From an uncultured delta proteobacterium (GTDB taxonomy: Bacteria > Desulfobacterota > Binatia > Binatales > Binataceae), in contig CAVXXK010000015.1 in the NCBI GenBank assembly GCA_963765675.1, positions 1 to 64,000 on the forward strand: a stretch of 64,000 bases of DNA, written 5' to 3'. Each line of letters starts with the position of its first letter. Within the stretch, counting starts at the first letter, position 1. The position numbers were made by a program, and so were the translations under genes. Shown one piece after another: positions 48,820 through 60,034 of this stretch. Below the pieces are notes generated by a model that was not told the DNA's origin, did no database searches, and saw only the letters and a program-made list of their open reading frames with translations.

Positions 48820-50034
48820 GTGCTATCGAAGATAATTCACAACGCGTTTTATGCTGCGCTGGCCTGCGCGGTCGCGGCAGGATTCGTGGCGTGTTCGTCG
48901 CAGGAACCGGCGCCGGCGTCCGCGGTATCGGCTGAGGCAACGACGCCTGCATCGGCTTCGGCTGATTCTGAAGAGACGGCACGGCTCGATGCGCTGTGGC
49001 AGCAGCGGGCCAACGATAAGTCCGAAAGCGACTTCACCGTCGGTCCGGGCGACGTGCTCGAGATTTCAGTGCCCGCGGTCGATGAACTCAAAGATCGCTC
49101 GGTGCGAGTATCAGGCGACAACACGATCGCGCTGCCGCTTACCGGAGTGATCAACGTCAAGGGTCTGACCGAGCAGGGTGTCCGCGACCAGATCAAGCAG
49201 CGGCTCGAAAAATACATGTACGATCCGCAGGTGGACGTTTTCACCAAAGAATACGAAAGCCGGCAAGTCGCAATCGTAGGTATGGTTCAGAAGCCCGGTC
49301 TTTACACACTGACCAGCCCGCATGACACGATCCTTGCGATGATCAGCCGCGCGGGGGGTATGACCGCCGAGGGGGCGCAGCGCATCCTGCTGATCCCGGC
49401 GACTCCCGGACAGGGCGCACAGACCAGCGCGATGCTCGCCGCAGCCTCGCAGATGAGTACCGTACCGAAATCCGCGCCAGCAGCGCCCAAGGCGGTCGGC
49501 GCCGTAGCAGCAGAGAAACCCAGCGGTGATATCGCGATCGAGGGTGAGAGCGTTCCTGCCAGCTATCAGCCGGCGGCTACGCAGATGCCCGCAGGGCTCA
49601 GCAGCCAAGACCCAATCGTCATTGACTTGACCAACACCCACAACGATAACGAACTCGGTATTCCGGCCCGTCCCGGCGACGTGATTATCGTACCCGCCGC
49701 GGGAGAGGTGATGGTCAAAGGATGGGTCCAGAACACGGGCGCGTTCAAAATCACCCCGGGCATGACGGTGCTCGGAGCGGTGACGGCGGCTGGAGGAGAG
49801 ATGTTCAGCTCCGACGCCGTGATTCTACGCGCGGGCGCGAATCCAGGCGCCGGCAAGATCGAGATTCCGGTCAATCTCTCGGCGATCCAGAAGGGTACCG
49901 CTCCCGACGTTCCGGTGCAGGGTGGCGACGTCGTGATCGTGAAGAAGTCGGTCGTTGGGGCAGTGCCGTACGCCGCCTACACGGTGTTTCAGAAGTTCAG
50001 CACCGGAATTTTTCCCGCGCTGCCGTTTATGTAG
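48820..50034 (+). CDS. wza: Polysaccharide export lipoprotein (Wza/Poly_export plus SLBB)
   Basis: FVAC lipobox, VGPGDVLEISV, IALPLTG..GLT, GMVQKPG, AGG repeats. Confidence 0.88.
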   Translation: MLSKIIHNAFYAALACAVAAGFVACSSQEPAPASAVSAEATTPASASADSEETARLDALWQQRANDKSESDFTVGPGDVLEISVPAVDELKDRSVRVSGDNTIALPLTGVINVKGLTEQGVRDQIKQRLEKYMYDPQVDVFTKEYESRQVAIVGMVQKPGLYTLTSPHDTILAMISRAGGMTAEGAQRILLIPATPGQGAQTSAMLAAASQMSTVPKSAPAAPKAVGAVAAEKPSGDIAIEGESVPASYQPAATQMPAGLSSQDPIVIDLTNTHNDNELGIPARPGDVIIVPAAGEVMVKGWVQNTGAFKITPGMTVLGAVTAAGGEMFSSDAVILRAGANPGAGKIEIPVNLSAIQKGTAPDVPVQGGDVVIVKKSVVGAVPYAAYTVFQKFSTGIFPALPFM

Positions 50035-50090
50035 GACTAAGCCGAGTCCCAGTCTGACAATCAACACGTAACGAGCCCGCCGAGGCCTTT

Positions 50091-52448
50091 GTGAAAGAAT
50101 CTTCTCCCTATCCAATTCAACGCGTATATCCCGAGCCGGTCCCCGCGCCGCAGTATATGGGACGCGGAGTTGACCCCGACTTCTTTGGTGCGCCCGAAGC
50201 GGCCGGACCCGACTTGCGCGATTACTTTCGAGTAATCCGCCGGCACGCCAAGCTTATCGTCAGCATGTTTCTGGCCGCGCTGCTGGTGACGACGTTGGTG
50301 GTGCTGGTAGTCACGCCGCATTACACGGCGATGAGCACGATTCTGGTCGAGCCAAACGCACCACACGTGCTGAATATCAATGAACTGGCCAGCGAATCGG
50401 CCACCGGCGATACTGACTACTACAGCACCCAACAGGAGATCCTGAAGAGCCGCGGCCTTGCGGCCCAAGTGATTCGTGACCTCGGGCTTGATCGCAATCC
50501 CGACTTTACCGGCAGCAGTATCCATCGAGGCTTTTTTGGCGGGATGATCCATTCGGCCCGGGCGTCGATCGGCGATCTGTTCAGCCAATCGCCCAAAAGC
50601 CAACCGGCGATTCGCCAACTCGATCAATACGGCGTTGCCCCGCAGCTGGTCGACCTGTACCTCGGCAACCTCAAGGTGAAACTTGATCTCGGCACCAGGC
50701 TGTTCGTGATCTCGTTTACTTCGCCCAATTCAGAACTGGCCTCGCGGATCGCCAACGCCCACGTCCAGACTTATATCCATCGCGGGATGGAAATTCACGC
50801 GCAGGCCAGCCAGGAAGCCGAACAGTTTCTGGAGAAGAAGCTGGTCGAGCTCAAAGAGCGGGTCGAGAAGTCGGAAGCTGCGCTCAACACCTACCGCCGC
50901 GATCGCGGGATAGTTGCGTTCAACCTCGACGACCGCGGCACTATTCTTAATGAGCGCCTGACCGAGATGAACCAGGCGCTCACCAAGGCTGAAACCGAGC
51001 GAATCGATCTCGAGTCGCAGCACGACCTGATCGCCAAGCGCAACTACAATTCGCTGCCTGCCGTAATCAGCAGTCCACTAATCCAGCAGCTGAAAACTCA
51101 GGACGACGTGATCGCGGGCCAGTACGCCAGTATGTCGCAGCAATTCAAGGCCGATTACCCGCCGCTGAAGGAGCTCAAAGCCAAGGTCGACGAAACCAAT
51201 GGACGCCTGAACGCCGAAATCGACCATACAGTCCAGGGCATCGAGTCGCAGTATCAGGCTTCGGTTGCGCGCGAGACCGCGCTTAAGCAATCGGTCGAGG
51301 ATTTGAAGACCAAGGCGTTGGCGCTCAACGACGCGTCACTGCAAGACGCCGTCCTGGCCCGTGATGTGGACGCCAACCGGCAGCTCTACAAGAGCGTGCT
51401 CGAACGGATGAAGGAAATCGGCGTGGCGGGGGAGGTTCCGACCTCGAACGTGTCGATTATCGATACGGCGACCGCGCCTATCGAGCCGTCGAGTCCGCAG
51501 AAGCTGCTCGACATGGCAATCGCCGGAGTGCTGTCGTTATTCATCGGGGTTGGGATCGCATTCGTGCTCGATCATCTTGACGACGGATTGCACAATCCGG
51601 AGGAAGCGGAACTTTATTTGCAACTGCCAAGCCTCGGTTCAGTACCGGATTTTCTGACCTTGGGTGGCGAGGATTCCAGCGCCGAAACCGCATTGCTGAT
51701 TGGCGGCGCCTCGTCCGCGCCCACGCTCATCTCGAGCAGCTCCGCAGACGAACGGGAGATCATGATGGCCAAAAGCCGGCTCTCGGTCGCCGGCGAATCC
51801 TATCGTGCGATCCGGACTGCGATCCTGCTATCGCGAGCGGCCGAAGCTCCCAAGACCCTCCTGGTTGCAAGCGGAGCCAAAGCCGAAGGCAAGACTGTAA
51901 CCGCGGTGAATATCGCGATGGCGTTTGCGCAGATGGGCGGGCGTGTCCTGCTGATCGACGCCGACATGCGCCGCGCGCGATGCCACGAAGTTTTGGGCGT
52001 GCACAACCTGGTCGGTCTCACCGAAGTGCTGGTCGGGCAGAAGCAGGCGAGCGAGGTGATCCGTCCAATCGGCAACGGCGGGCTGTCATTCATGAGCGCA
52101 GGCTCGGTGCCGCCCAACCCGACCGAGCTGCTCGCCTCGCGCAGGATGCAGGAAGTTCTCGAAGAGCTGTCCGCCACTTACGACAGTGTGCTGATTGATT
52201 CGCCGCCGGTCATGCCGGTCAGCGATTCGGTGGTGCTGTCGCGGCTGGTCGATGGAGTCGTGGTCGTGGTCGGGCCTCGCACTCCCAAGCAGTTGGTACG
52301 GCACGCGTGCTCGCGCCTGGGACAGGTCGGCGCGCGGATCCTCGGGGTGGTGCTGAATCAGGTCAATATAAAGAGCCCCGACTATTATCATTACCATCGC
52401 TATTACGCGTACGAAGATTACTCCAAGCCGGCGGGCACCCAGGTATAG
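50091..52448 (+). CDS. wzc: Polysaccharide co-polymerase / BY-kinase
   Basis: TQQEILKSR, ESYRAIRT, EGKT, LIDADMRR, PPNPTELL, IDSPP, C-terminal Tyr cluster. Confidence 0.93.
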   Translation: MKESSPYPIQRVYPEPVPAPQYMGRGVDPDFFGAPEAAGPDLRDYFRVIRRHAKLIVSMFLAALLVTTLVVLVVTPHYTAMSTILVEPNAPHVLNINELASESATGDTDYYSTQQEILKSRGLAAQVIRDLGLDRNPDFTGSSIHRGFFGGMIHSARASIGDLFSQSPKSQPAIRQLDQYGVAPQLVDLYLGNLKVKLDLGTRLFVISFTSPNSELASRIANAHVQTYIHRGMEIHAQASQEAEQFLEKKLVELKERVEKSEAALNTYRRDRGIVAFNLDDRGTILNERLTEMNQALTKAETERIDLESQHDLIAKRNYNSLPAVISSPLIQQLKTQDDVIAGQYASMSQQFKADYPPLKELKAKVDETNGRLNAEIDHTVQGIESQYQASVARETALKQSVEDLKTKALALNDASLQDAVLARDVDANRQLYKSVLERMKEIGVAGEVPTSNVSIIDTATAPIEPSSPQKLLDMAIAGVLSLFIGVGIAFVLDHLDDGLHNPEEAELYLQLPSLGSVPDFLTLGGEDSSAETALLIGGASSAPTLISSSSADEREIMMAKSRLSVAGESYRAIRTAILLSRAAEAPKTLLVASGAKAEGKTVTAVNIAMAFAQMGGRVLLIDADMRRARCHEVLGVHNLVGLTEVLVGQKQASEVIRPIGNGGLSFMSAGSVPPNPTELLASRRMQEVLEELSATYDSVLIDSPPVMPVSDSVVLSRLVDGVVVVVGPRTPKQLVRHACSRLGQVGARILGVVLNQVNIKSPDYYHYHRYYAYEDYSKPAGTQV

Positions 52449-55345
52449 TGAGGCGGATTGGCGTATCGAATCCGCTCGATCGCCCGAGTCCGTACCATTC
52501 CCGACATAAGTTTGTATCCGCCGAGGGCGGGAATTGGTACGACCGGGCATTCGTAGCCGGGATTCTCCTGCTGGTGACACTGTCACCGCTGCCGATGGGC
52601 GCGGTGCATCCGTGGCCCTTTATCGCGATCGAGCTCACGATCTTCGCGCTGGTCGTGCTGTGGATGGCCAAGACGGCGTTCGGAGCGCCGATCCAGTTCC
52701 AGCCGACGCTCGCCAATCTTCGCCCGATCGTCCTGCCGCTCGCGTTGTTCCTCGCGGTTGCCGGATTCGCGCTGGTTCCGCTTCCGCCGACGCTTCTGCG
52801 CGCTCTCTCCCCCGCGACCTATACGATGTATGCGAAATCGCTGCCCGGATGGCCGAGCCAGGCGCCGTATGCGGCGATGCTCGAGTTGCCAGATCTCAAC
52901 GCGGCGCAGCATCTGAACGTCGTTCTGCCGACGCCGCAGGAAGCCGCCCAGGGCGCGGCGATTCCCCAGCCGCATCAGCACGTGCTCGGGCCGCACACCA
53001 GCACCAACCAGCCAGTGCTTGCCAGCGGCTGGCGATGGCGCTCGATATCGCTGGCGCCGGAACTTACGCGCGAGCTCGTGATCAAGCTGGTGGCGTACTC
53101 GGCACTGTTCTTTGTGGTGCTGCTCTATCCGTTCGGTCCTTCGATGCACGCGGAGTCGGAGAAGAACTTCTACCGCTATGTGATCATCGCGGTGCTGATC
53201 ACAGCTCTGGTCGTGGCGTGTATCGGAATCCTGGAACGTGTGTTCTGGAACGGAAAGATATTGTGGGTGTTTGTTCCCTACGATTGGGGCCGGGCGATGC
53301 CCGATGCGATGGACCGGGCACGTGGACCGTTTGTCAACCCGGACCATTTCGGCAGCTATCTGAATCTGGTCATACCGGTCGCGCTGGCCGGTGTCTTGTT
53401 TCCGACCTTCGTGGTGCGCAAATCCAGCGGCGAAGCGTTTCGGGTTTTTTGCGCGGCGGTGGTGCTAATCGCGAGCACGGCACTTTTGCTCAGCCTGTCG
53501 CGCGCCGGATGGATCGGTGCGATCGTCGGCGCGGCCGCGCTGGTGTTCATGGCGCATTTCATTCCGCACGCGAAGCGTCCCGGATTGCTCAAGCTCTCGT
53601 GGAAAGTCACGGTGCCAGTGTGCGCCGCGATGTTTGCGATCGTGCTGTTAACCTCGTCGCTGTTCGTGGGCGCACAGGGGCGGCATCAGGCCGACGTCCG
53701 TCTGATGGAGACCGTCAGCCAGCATCAGAGCCTGCACTTCCGTACCGACGTGTGGCGCAATTCGATGGGAATCGTGCGCGCCTTTCCGCTGTTTGGAATC
53801 GGACTTGGCTCTTTCCCCGACGTGTTCCCGCATTTTCAGCAGGCGCCGTGGTCATGGGAGGCCGCGCGCGAGGCGCATAACGACTACCTCGAGCTGCTGA
53901 TTGGTGCGGGGGCCGTGGGTTTCGGATTGCTCGCATGGTTCTTCGTTGCGGTGGTGACCCGCCTCTATCGCGGAATACGTGCGCTGCCGCCCGATGTCCT
54001 TCCGGTCGGTGCGGCGCTAACGGCGGGGATGGCGGCGCTGGCGTTCCAGGAATTTTTTGATTTCAACCTGCAGATTCCCGCCGTCGCGATTCTGATGACG
54101 CTGTTTCTTGCGCTCGCGTTCAGGCTGGTCGCCGCCACGCGCCTCAACGAGCCCGCGCCACAGCCGGCCGGGGCAAAGCGATGGGCGATGCCGGCGGCGC
54201 TGTCGGGCGCTGCAATCGCACTTGGAATCGTGGCGCTGCTACAGCCAAAGATTCCTTACCCCTACAACATTATCCCGCCAAAGACGGCGTCGCAGGCGCG
54301 CGCGCTGATTCTGGCGCATCCGACTTCGGTCCAGCCGCACCTGTGGATGGTCGAGACGATGGGCAAGCGGCTGCCGGCCGCGATGCGGGCGCAGGAACTG
54401 GAGCGGGCGGTATGGCTCGATCCGACCAGTCCTTACGCGCGCGATCAGTACGCCGAGGCGTTGGTCTGGAATGGTCAAGAGGGGGAGTCGCTCAAGCAAA
54501 TCCAGGAATCGGTATTTGATTCGCCGTATCTGGCGAGCCATTACTACCTCGAACGGAGGCTGATTCCGTGGCTGTCGCCGGGAGAGCGAGCCGCGGTCGA
54601 GCAGGGTCTTCAGCGCGCGATCGCTCACGACTATCCGGCGGCGGTATGGACCCTTGCCGAGGTTTACGACCTCGACCACCAGTACGCGCGCGAGAGCGAG
54701 CTGCTTGCCCGCGCCGCCTCGACGGAATCCGATCCCGCCGCACGGGCGAACCTGTTGATCTCGGCGGGAGGGTCGGCGGCGAATGCCGGCGACATCGCGC
54801 TGGCCGAAAAGCATCTGCGCGCCGCCGCGGCTTTCGATCCGGTCAATCCCGATTCCTACCACTATCTCGCGACGATGGTCTTCGCGCCGAGGAAACAGAT
54901 GGATTCGGCGCGCGCCGCGATCGAGCAGGGAATCAACGCGGGCGCGGATCCATTCTCGCTCGATCTCGCGCTGGCCGACGCGGCCGGAATCGCGGGGGAC
55001 CACCCGACGATGGAGAAAGCGCTGCTCGATGCAACGAATATCCGTCCCTCGGATGCAGACGCCGCGGTGCGGCTTGCGGATCTGTACACGAGCGAGAAGC
55101 GCTACGACGACGCGGTGTTACTCCTTAGGCATGTCGCCGAGCTGAATCCGGATTCGGCCCTGGTGCTGAACCGGCTCGGGCGCGCGGAGGCGGCGAACTA
55201 TCAATTCTATGCAGCCGGAAACGATCTCGCGCGGGCCACGCAACTCGAACCGGGCGACGCGGCATACAAAGCCGACTACGAAGAATTTCAAAAGAAATCA
55301 GCAGCACCGGAAGGCATAAGCGACGCCTCTTCTGCCACCCATTAA
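52448..55345 (+). CDS. O-antigen ligase family (Wzy_C) protein fused to C-terminal TPR repeats
   Basis: GPFVNPDHFGSYL, LSLSRAG, PLFGIGLGSF, EAHNDYLE, FDFNLQIP; then TPR helices; GTG overlaps the wzc stop. Confidence 0.9.
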   Translation: MRRIGVSNPLDRPSPYHSRHKFVSAEGGNWYDRAFVAGILLLVTLSPLPMGAVHPWPFIAIELTIFALVVLWMAKTAFGAPIQFQPTLANLRPIVLPLALFLAVAGFALVPLPPTLLRALSPATYTMYAKSLPGWPSQAPYAAMLELPDLNAAQHLNVVLPTPQEAAQGAAIPQPHQHVLGPHTSTNQPVLASGWRWRSISLAPELTRELVIKLVAYSALFFVVLLYPFGPSMHAESEKNFYRYVIIAVLITALVVACIGILERVFWNGKILWVFVPYDWGRAMPDAMDRARGPFVNPDHFGSYLNLVIPVALAGVLFPTFVVRKSSGEAFRVFCAAVVLIASTALLLSLSRAGWIGAIVGAAALVFMAHFIPHAKRPGLLKLSWKVTVPVCAAMFAIVLLTSSLFVGAQGRHQADVRLMETVSQHQSLHFRTDVWRNSMGIVRAFPLFGIGLGSFPDVFPHFQQAPWSWEAAREAHNDYLELLIGAGAVGFGLLAWFFVAVVTRLYRGIRALPPDVLPVGAALTAGMAALAFQEFFDFNLQIPAVAILMTLFLALAFRLVAATRLNEPAPQPAGAKRWAMPAALSGAAIALGIVALLQPKIPYPYNIIPPKTASQARALILAHPTSVQPHLWMVETMGKRLPAAMRAQELERAVWLDPTSPYARDQYAEALVWNGQEGESLKQIQESVFDSPYLASHYYLERRLIPWLSPGERAAVEQGLQRAIAHDYPAAVWTLAEVYDLDHQYARESELLARAASTESDPAARANLLISAGGSAANAGDIALAEKHLRAAAAFDPVNPDSYHYLATMVFAPRKQMDSARAAIEQGINAGADPFSLDLALADAAGIAGDHPTMEKALLDATNIRPSDADAAVRLADLYTSEKRYDDAVLLLRHVAELNPDSALVLNRLGRAEAANYQFYAAGNDLARATQLEPGDAAYKADYEEFQKKSAAPEGISDASSATH

Positions 55346-55348
55346 GTT

Positions 55349-56281
55349 ATGGAAGACACGAGCCTTTATAACGATAGCTTGTTCATTACCGGACAATTTG
55401 GGAACCGAAACATTCTTTTGAACGATGTCGAACCCGAATTGAGTAAATCTTTTGCCGAAGATGGAACGGCCGATTCCGTAAAAGTTGCGCGTGAATTTGT
55501 CGATAGGCGCTTTTCCAACTGCGCGGCGGCATTGTTGTTTGGAAGCGCCGCACGAATGAATTCAACCGGCCGGTCCGACTTGGACATTCTCATTATCGAG
55601 AGCCGAAGGGTCTTACCTTATCATCAGCATTTCCAGGAAAAGGGCCTGTGTTTCGATATAATGGGTCGCTCATTGCGATTCTGCACGAAACGGTTGCTCG
55701 GCCGTAACCAGCGGTGGGGTCATCTTGACGATGATCAAATCCTTCTCATCGCTTGTGCCGACGGTATCGAATTGAAGGACGACCGGTCTGTTATCCCCGA
55801 TCTGAAGCAAAGCGCCCGTTCAATTTTCGACAAAGGGCCCGTTGCGCTGACAGCGCGGGAGATCTCGGACTACCGTCTGCTAATCACCGAGGCTCTAGAC
55901 GACTTTGTCGATTGTGAGCACCACGCCGAAGCGGGGTTTCTGGCGCATTCGCTGGTGATCGTAACAGCGCAATTCCTGATGGGATATAAGCGCCAATGGT
56001 CAGCTCGAGATAGCAAGTGGATTCACCGTCGGCTGCGATGCGACAACGATCCACTCGCGAGACAGCTTTTGGATGGTCTGGTTCACTACCGCGGAGCTGA
56101 TGACCGAAAGCAATTCTCGCGATCGATCGAATCTATTCTCAATCTCGTTGGCGGCAGGCTCTACCGAGACGACCTGGGTGGTCATGCAAACCGCGCGCAA
56201 ACGAGACTGGACCAGTTTCTTGAGCGCCCTATGTATCTGACGCGTAAAGCGATCCGACGGGTACTGGGCGATCCATCATAA
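55349..56281 (+). CDS. Pol-beta superfamily nucleotidyltransferase domain protein, copy 1
   Basis: LLFGSAAR..SDLDILII, third Asp in CFDIM; helical C-terminal domain ending in GGRLY. Confidence 0.85.
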   Translation: MEDTSLYNDSLFITGQFGNRNILLNDVEPELSKSFAEDGTADSVKVAREFVDRRFSNCAAALLFGSAARMNSTGRSDLDILIIESRRVLPYHQHFQEKGLCFDIMGRSLRFCTKRLLGRNQRWGHLDDDQILLIACADGIELKDDRSVIPDLKQSARSIFDKGPVALTAREISDYRLLITEALDDFVDCEHHAEAGFLAHSLVIVTAQFLMGYKRQWSARDSKWIHRRLRCDNDPLARQLLDGLVHYRGADDRKQFSRSIESILNLVGGRLYRDDLGGHANRAQTRLDQFLERPMYLTRKAIRRVLGDPS

Positions 56282-56497
56282 AACCGCCTGACGAACGAGA
56301 TTGCCGCGCCGACCAAGATTCCGGATCGAGACCTGATCGAGTCTTGCTCGCAAGCGCTCGTCGGCGAGCGTCACAAACCCTCCGAGCAACGCCCCGTCCG
56401 CCGCTTACCGGAGACTAATTTGATGAATGGTATTTCGTTGTCGGATTGTCCGACGTTTTCAACCAGGACTACAAGTTCGGCTGATTTCAAGAGGGCG

Positions 56498-59400
56498 ATG
56501 ATTCCAGCAATGGTACGCAGATTTTTGGGTATTGCGATGGGGCTTCTCTTCCTCCTGAGCACGGGCACGGCTTGGGCGCAGCAGGATCTTTACGTCGCTG
56601 ATGGTGGTGCCGGGAATGAGCAGATCGATATTTGGCCGACGACCGCAAGCGGCAACCAGGCACCCAGCGTGATTCTCAATTCCAGCTCTTTCGCCAACGT
56701 GAGCAGCGTCGCGGTGGACAGTTCAGGCAACATCTGGGCCTGCGACCGCACCAATAGCGCCATCTACGAGTTTCCCGCCGGGGCGGCGGGCTCCGTTGCC
56801 GCCAGTAACTCCTTTATCGGGACCAACACGACGCTCAACGGCTGCCACAACATCAAGTTCGATGCGAACGGGAATCTTTGGGTTGCCAACACCGGCAATA
56901 ATGACCTTATCGTGTTCAGCGCTGCGCAGCAGTCCGCGCTGCTCGGCGGCGACGGCAGCCCCGGCGATGTAGCGCCTGCGGTGACCCTCACGTCCACTCC
57001 TCATTCAGCGCACCTTGGGACGTGGCATTCGATTCGAGCGGCAACATCTACGTCGCGGATGGAGGGACTGGGTACGTTGATGTATTTGGTCCTGGTGCGT
57101 CTGGCCCTTCATCGCCGATCTTTCAGATGGGACTCCCGAGGGGCCCATAACCGGTCTCAGCGGAGTAACGATTGACCCCTCGGGCAACGTATGGGTTTCA
57201 GACCTATACCGCAAACGAAATATACGAGTTGAGCACCTCAGGTTGCGGGACCGGCAGATTTGCAACGTAACTCCGACACAGACCATCAATTCTGGCTTAA
57301 ACGGGCCGATGGGTATCGGCATCGACAACAACGGCAACGTCTGGAACGTTGAGAACAGCGGTACCGCGATCAACGCCTACAGCACCATCAACGGGACTCC
57401 GGGAGCCGTTATCTCTGGAAGCAATACGACGCTGTTTCAGCCTCGGTTCCTGACAGTGAGTGCGCCTCCTCCTGCGCCTCCTCCGCCTCTGCCATGCACT
57501 GCCCAGTGGCTGTTTATGGCTGACTGTGACAGTACCCATTCTCAGATCGACCGTTTCTGCACGTCGGACACCGGTAACATGGCTCCACGCGGAATTTGGG
57601 CGTCAACTTCATTCGGTACTACCGGCGACACCGGTTGGGGCCCACACGATATCGTCACCGATGGACAATATATTTACGTCTCCGACGAGACCAACGCCGC
57701 TATCTGGATAGCTCCGCTGAGCATAATTCCCACAGACGGTTCGACCTCGACCGCCGCCGCGCCGCTCTCAATTTCCGGGACCCTTCCGGGGTTGGGTGCC
57801 TCTACTACTGAGGGCGCAGATCCAGCGGACGGTGTACACGGAATCTGGTGGGACAACCTCGGCAATCTGTGGGCTGCGAACCCGGCTACCGATGAGGTAC
57901 TCGAGTTTTCGGCTACTCAAATCAGCCTCAGTGCTTTCAGGCCCTCCCGGCGAACACAATATAGCTCCGTCCAACACCCTGACGGACATCCCTGGCGGGA
58001 AAGTGGATTCTGGTCCGGATTACGGCGCTGCGGATTCGTCCGGCAATATCTATGTTACGTTACCTGGCGCCAGTGAGATTCTCCAATTTTCGAGCGGCGC
58101 GACAGGCAATACATCGCCGAACTTGATAATAACCAATCAGAGTTTTGACGGTCCATACGGCATAGCAATTGACAGCGCTGGTAACCTATGGGTCTCAAAT
58201 AACGGCACCATGCCTACAGGATCGGTCAATGAATTGAGTCTGTCGGGATGCACTCCCAGCTCCTGTACGGCTGAGATCCTGCAAACCATCGACGCGGCGA
58301 CGGGCAATGATCCGGCGGGGATAGGATTCGATAGCGATGGCAATCTTTGGATGTCAGAACAAAACGCCATCAGAACAATAATTTGTCGTCCAGCAATCCG
58401 ATGACTGCGAACGCCGGACAGGCCCTAGGCCAATTTACGCCGAGCGGGACAGCGGGGAACAACATCACCGGGTCGTTTACGACGCTCGCCGGTCCTCATG
58501 GGATCGCATTTGTGCCCGTGTCGACGGCGGTGTCCACGGCGACCCCGACTCCGTCACCGACGCCATCGCCGTCGCCGACTCACCGTCACCGACTCCGTCA
58601 CCATCACCGTCGCCGACTCCGTCGCCATCGCCCTCACCGTCACCGACTCCGTCACCGTCTCCGTCACCGTCGCCGACTCCGTCACCGTCGCCGACGCCGT
58701 CGCCGATCGCCGTCACCGTCGCCGACTCCGTCGCCGTCACCGTCGCCGACGCCGTCGCCGACGCCGTCGCCGTCACCGTCGCCGTCACCGTCACCGACGC
58801 TGTCGCCGACTCCGTCGCCGTCACCGTCACCGTCGCCGACGCTGTCGCCGACTCCGACGCGGTCACCGTCGCCGACTCCGTCACCATCACCGTCGCCGTC
58901 GCCGACGCTGTCACCGACTCCGTCGCCGTCACCGACGCTGTCGCCGACTCCGTCGCCGTCACCGACGCGGTCACCGACTCCGACTCCGACTCGTACTGCC
59001 AGCGCGACGCCTACGGCCACTGCGACTCGTACTGCCAGCGCGACACCTACGGCCACTGCGACACGGACCGCGACCGAAACCGCAACGCCTACGGCCACCG
59101 CGACACGGACCGCGACCGAAACCGCAACGCCGACCGAAACCGCGACAGCAACACCCTCTCGGACGGCGACGCCCACCTCAGACGGCGACGCCCTCTCGGA
59201 CGGCGACGCCCACTCAGACGGCGACGCCCACTCGGACAGCGACGCCCACTCGGACGGCGACGCCTACCGCGACGCCAACTCCGACGGCAAAGCTGTCCGC
59301 GAGGCCCGGCAGCTTGAACTTTGGCAACGTCGACGCCTCGGGTAAGAGCAAACCCATGAAGGTTTATCTCATCAATCAGGGCGGCGAAGCGGCACAAATC

Positions 59401-59928
59401 GGAACCATCACGGCCAGCGCGCCATTCGCGATCGTTGGCGGTGAGGATCACTGCTCTGATCGGACGATCGAACCCAAAAAGGAATGTACACTTCTGGTGG
59501 AGTTCGAGCCGGAGGCAACAGGCCGCTTCACCAGTTCGCTCAACGTTCCTTACAATGGTAGTGCGCCTTCGGAAACCCTTGAAGGCAACGGAGTGGCTGT
59601 CACCCTGCATGCGCCCAAGATGGCGAAGTTTCCAAAACAGGCCGCGGGCACGATAAGCAAGCCGAAAAATATCACGATCTCGAATCACAGCAAGGTGCAG
59701 GTGACGCTTGGAGCGGCGACGATCGGCGGCTCAAACGCAACCGCATTCCAGATTGTGTCGGACGGATGTTCGGGACAGACGCTACAGAGCAAGGGCAAGT
59801 GCGCGGTCACGGTTGAATTTGCGCCATCCACGCAGTCTGCGGATGCTCAGACCGCGTCGCTGAACCTGGGCTTTTCTTACGGCTCCAACTGGGGCGACGT
59901 GTCGGTCAGCTTCGCAACATCCCCTTGA
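56498..59928 (+). pseudogene. Large secreted NHL-repeat protein with Ser/Pro/Thr linker and C-terminal Ig-like (choice-of-anchor D) domains; at least seven frameshifts
   Basis: Signal peptide AWA; repeated [VI]A.DS.GN[IL][WY]V blades spread over different frames; SPTP/TATP repeats; LNFGNV, FQIVSDGC..KC.V.VEF. Confidence 0.8.
58540..59290 (+). repeat. Low-complexity coding repeats (CCGTC[AG]/CCGAC units) encoding an S/P/T linker
   Basis: Long run of 6-bp and 24-bp units. Confidence 0.9.
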
Positions 59929-60034
59929 CCAACAACGATGTGGGAAACCGAAATAGATCGCTGCAGCTGGCCGACCAGCGGCCCCATTCTGGCGCAACAT
60001 CATCTGGAATGGCGCCGGCGCGATCCGATGAAAC

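Noticed and set aside
58347-59345. Arg/His-rich and GD-repeat ORFs
   Set aside because: They are alternate-frame readings of the S/P/T linker caused by frameshifts.
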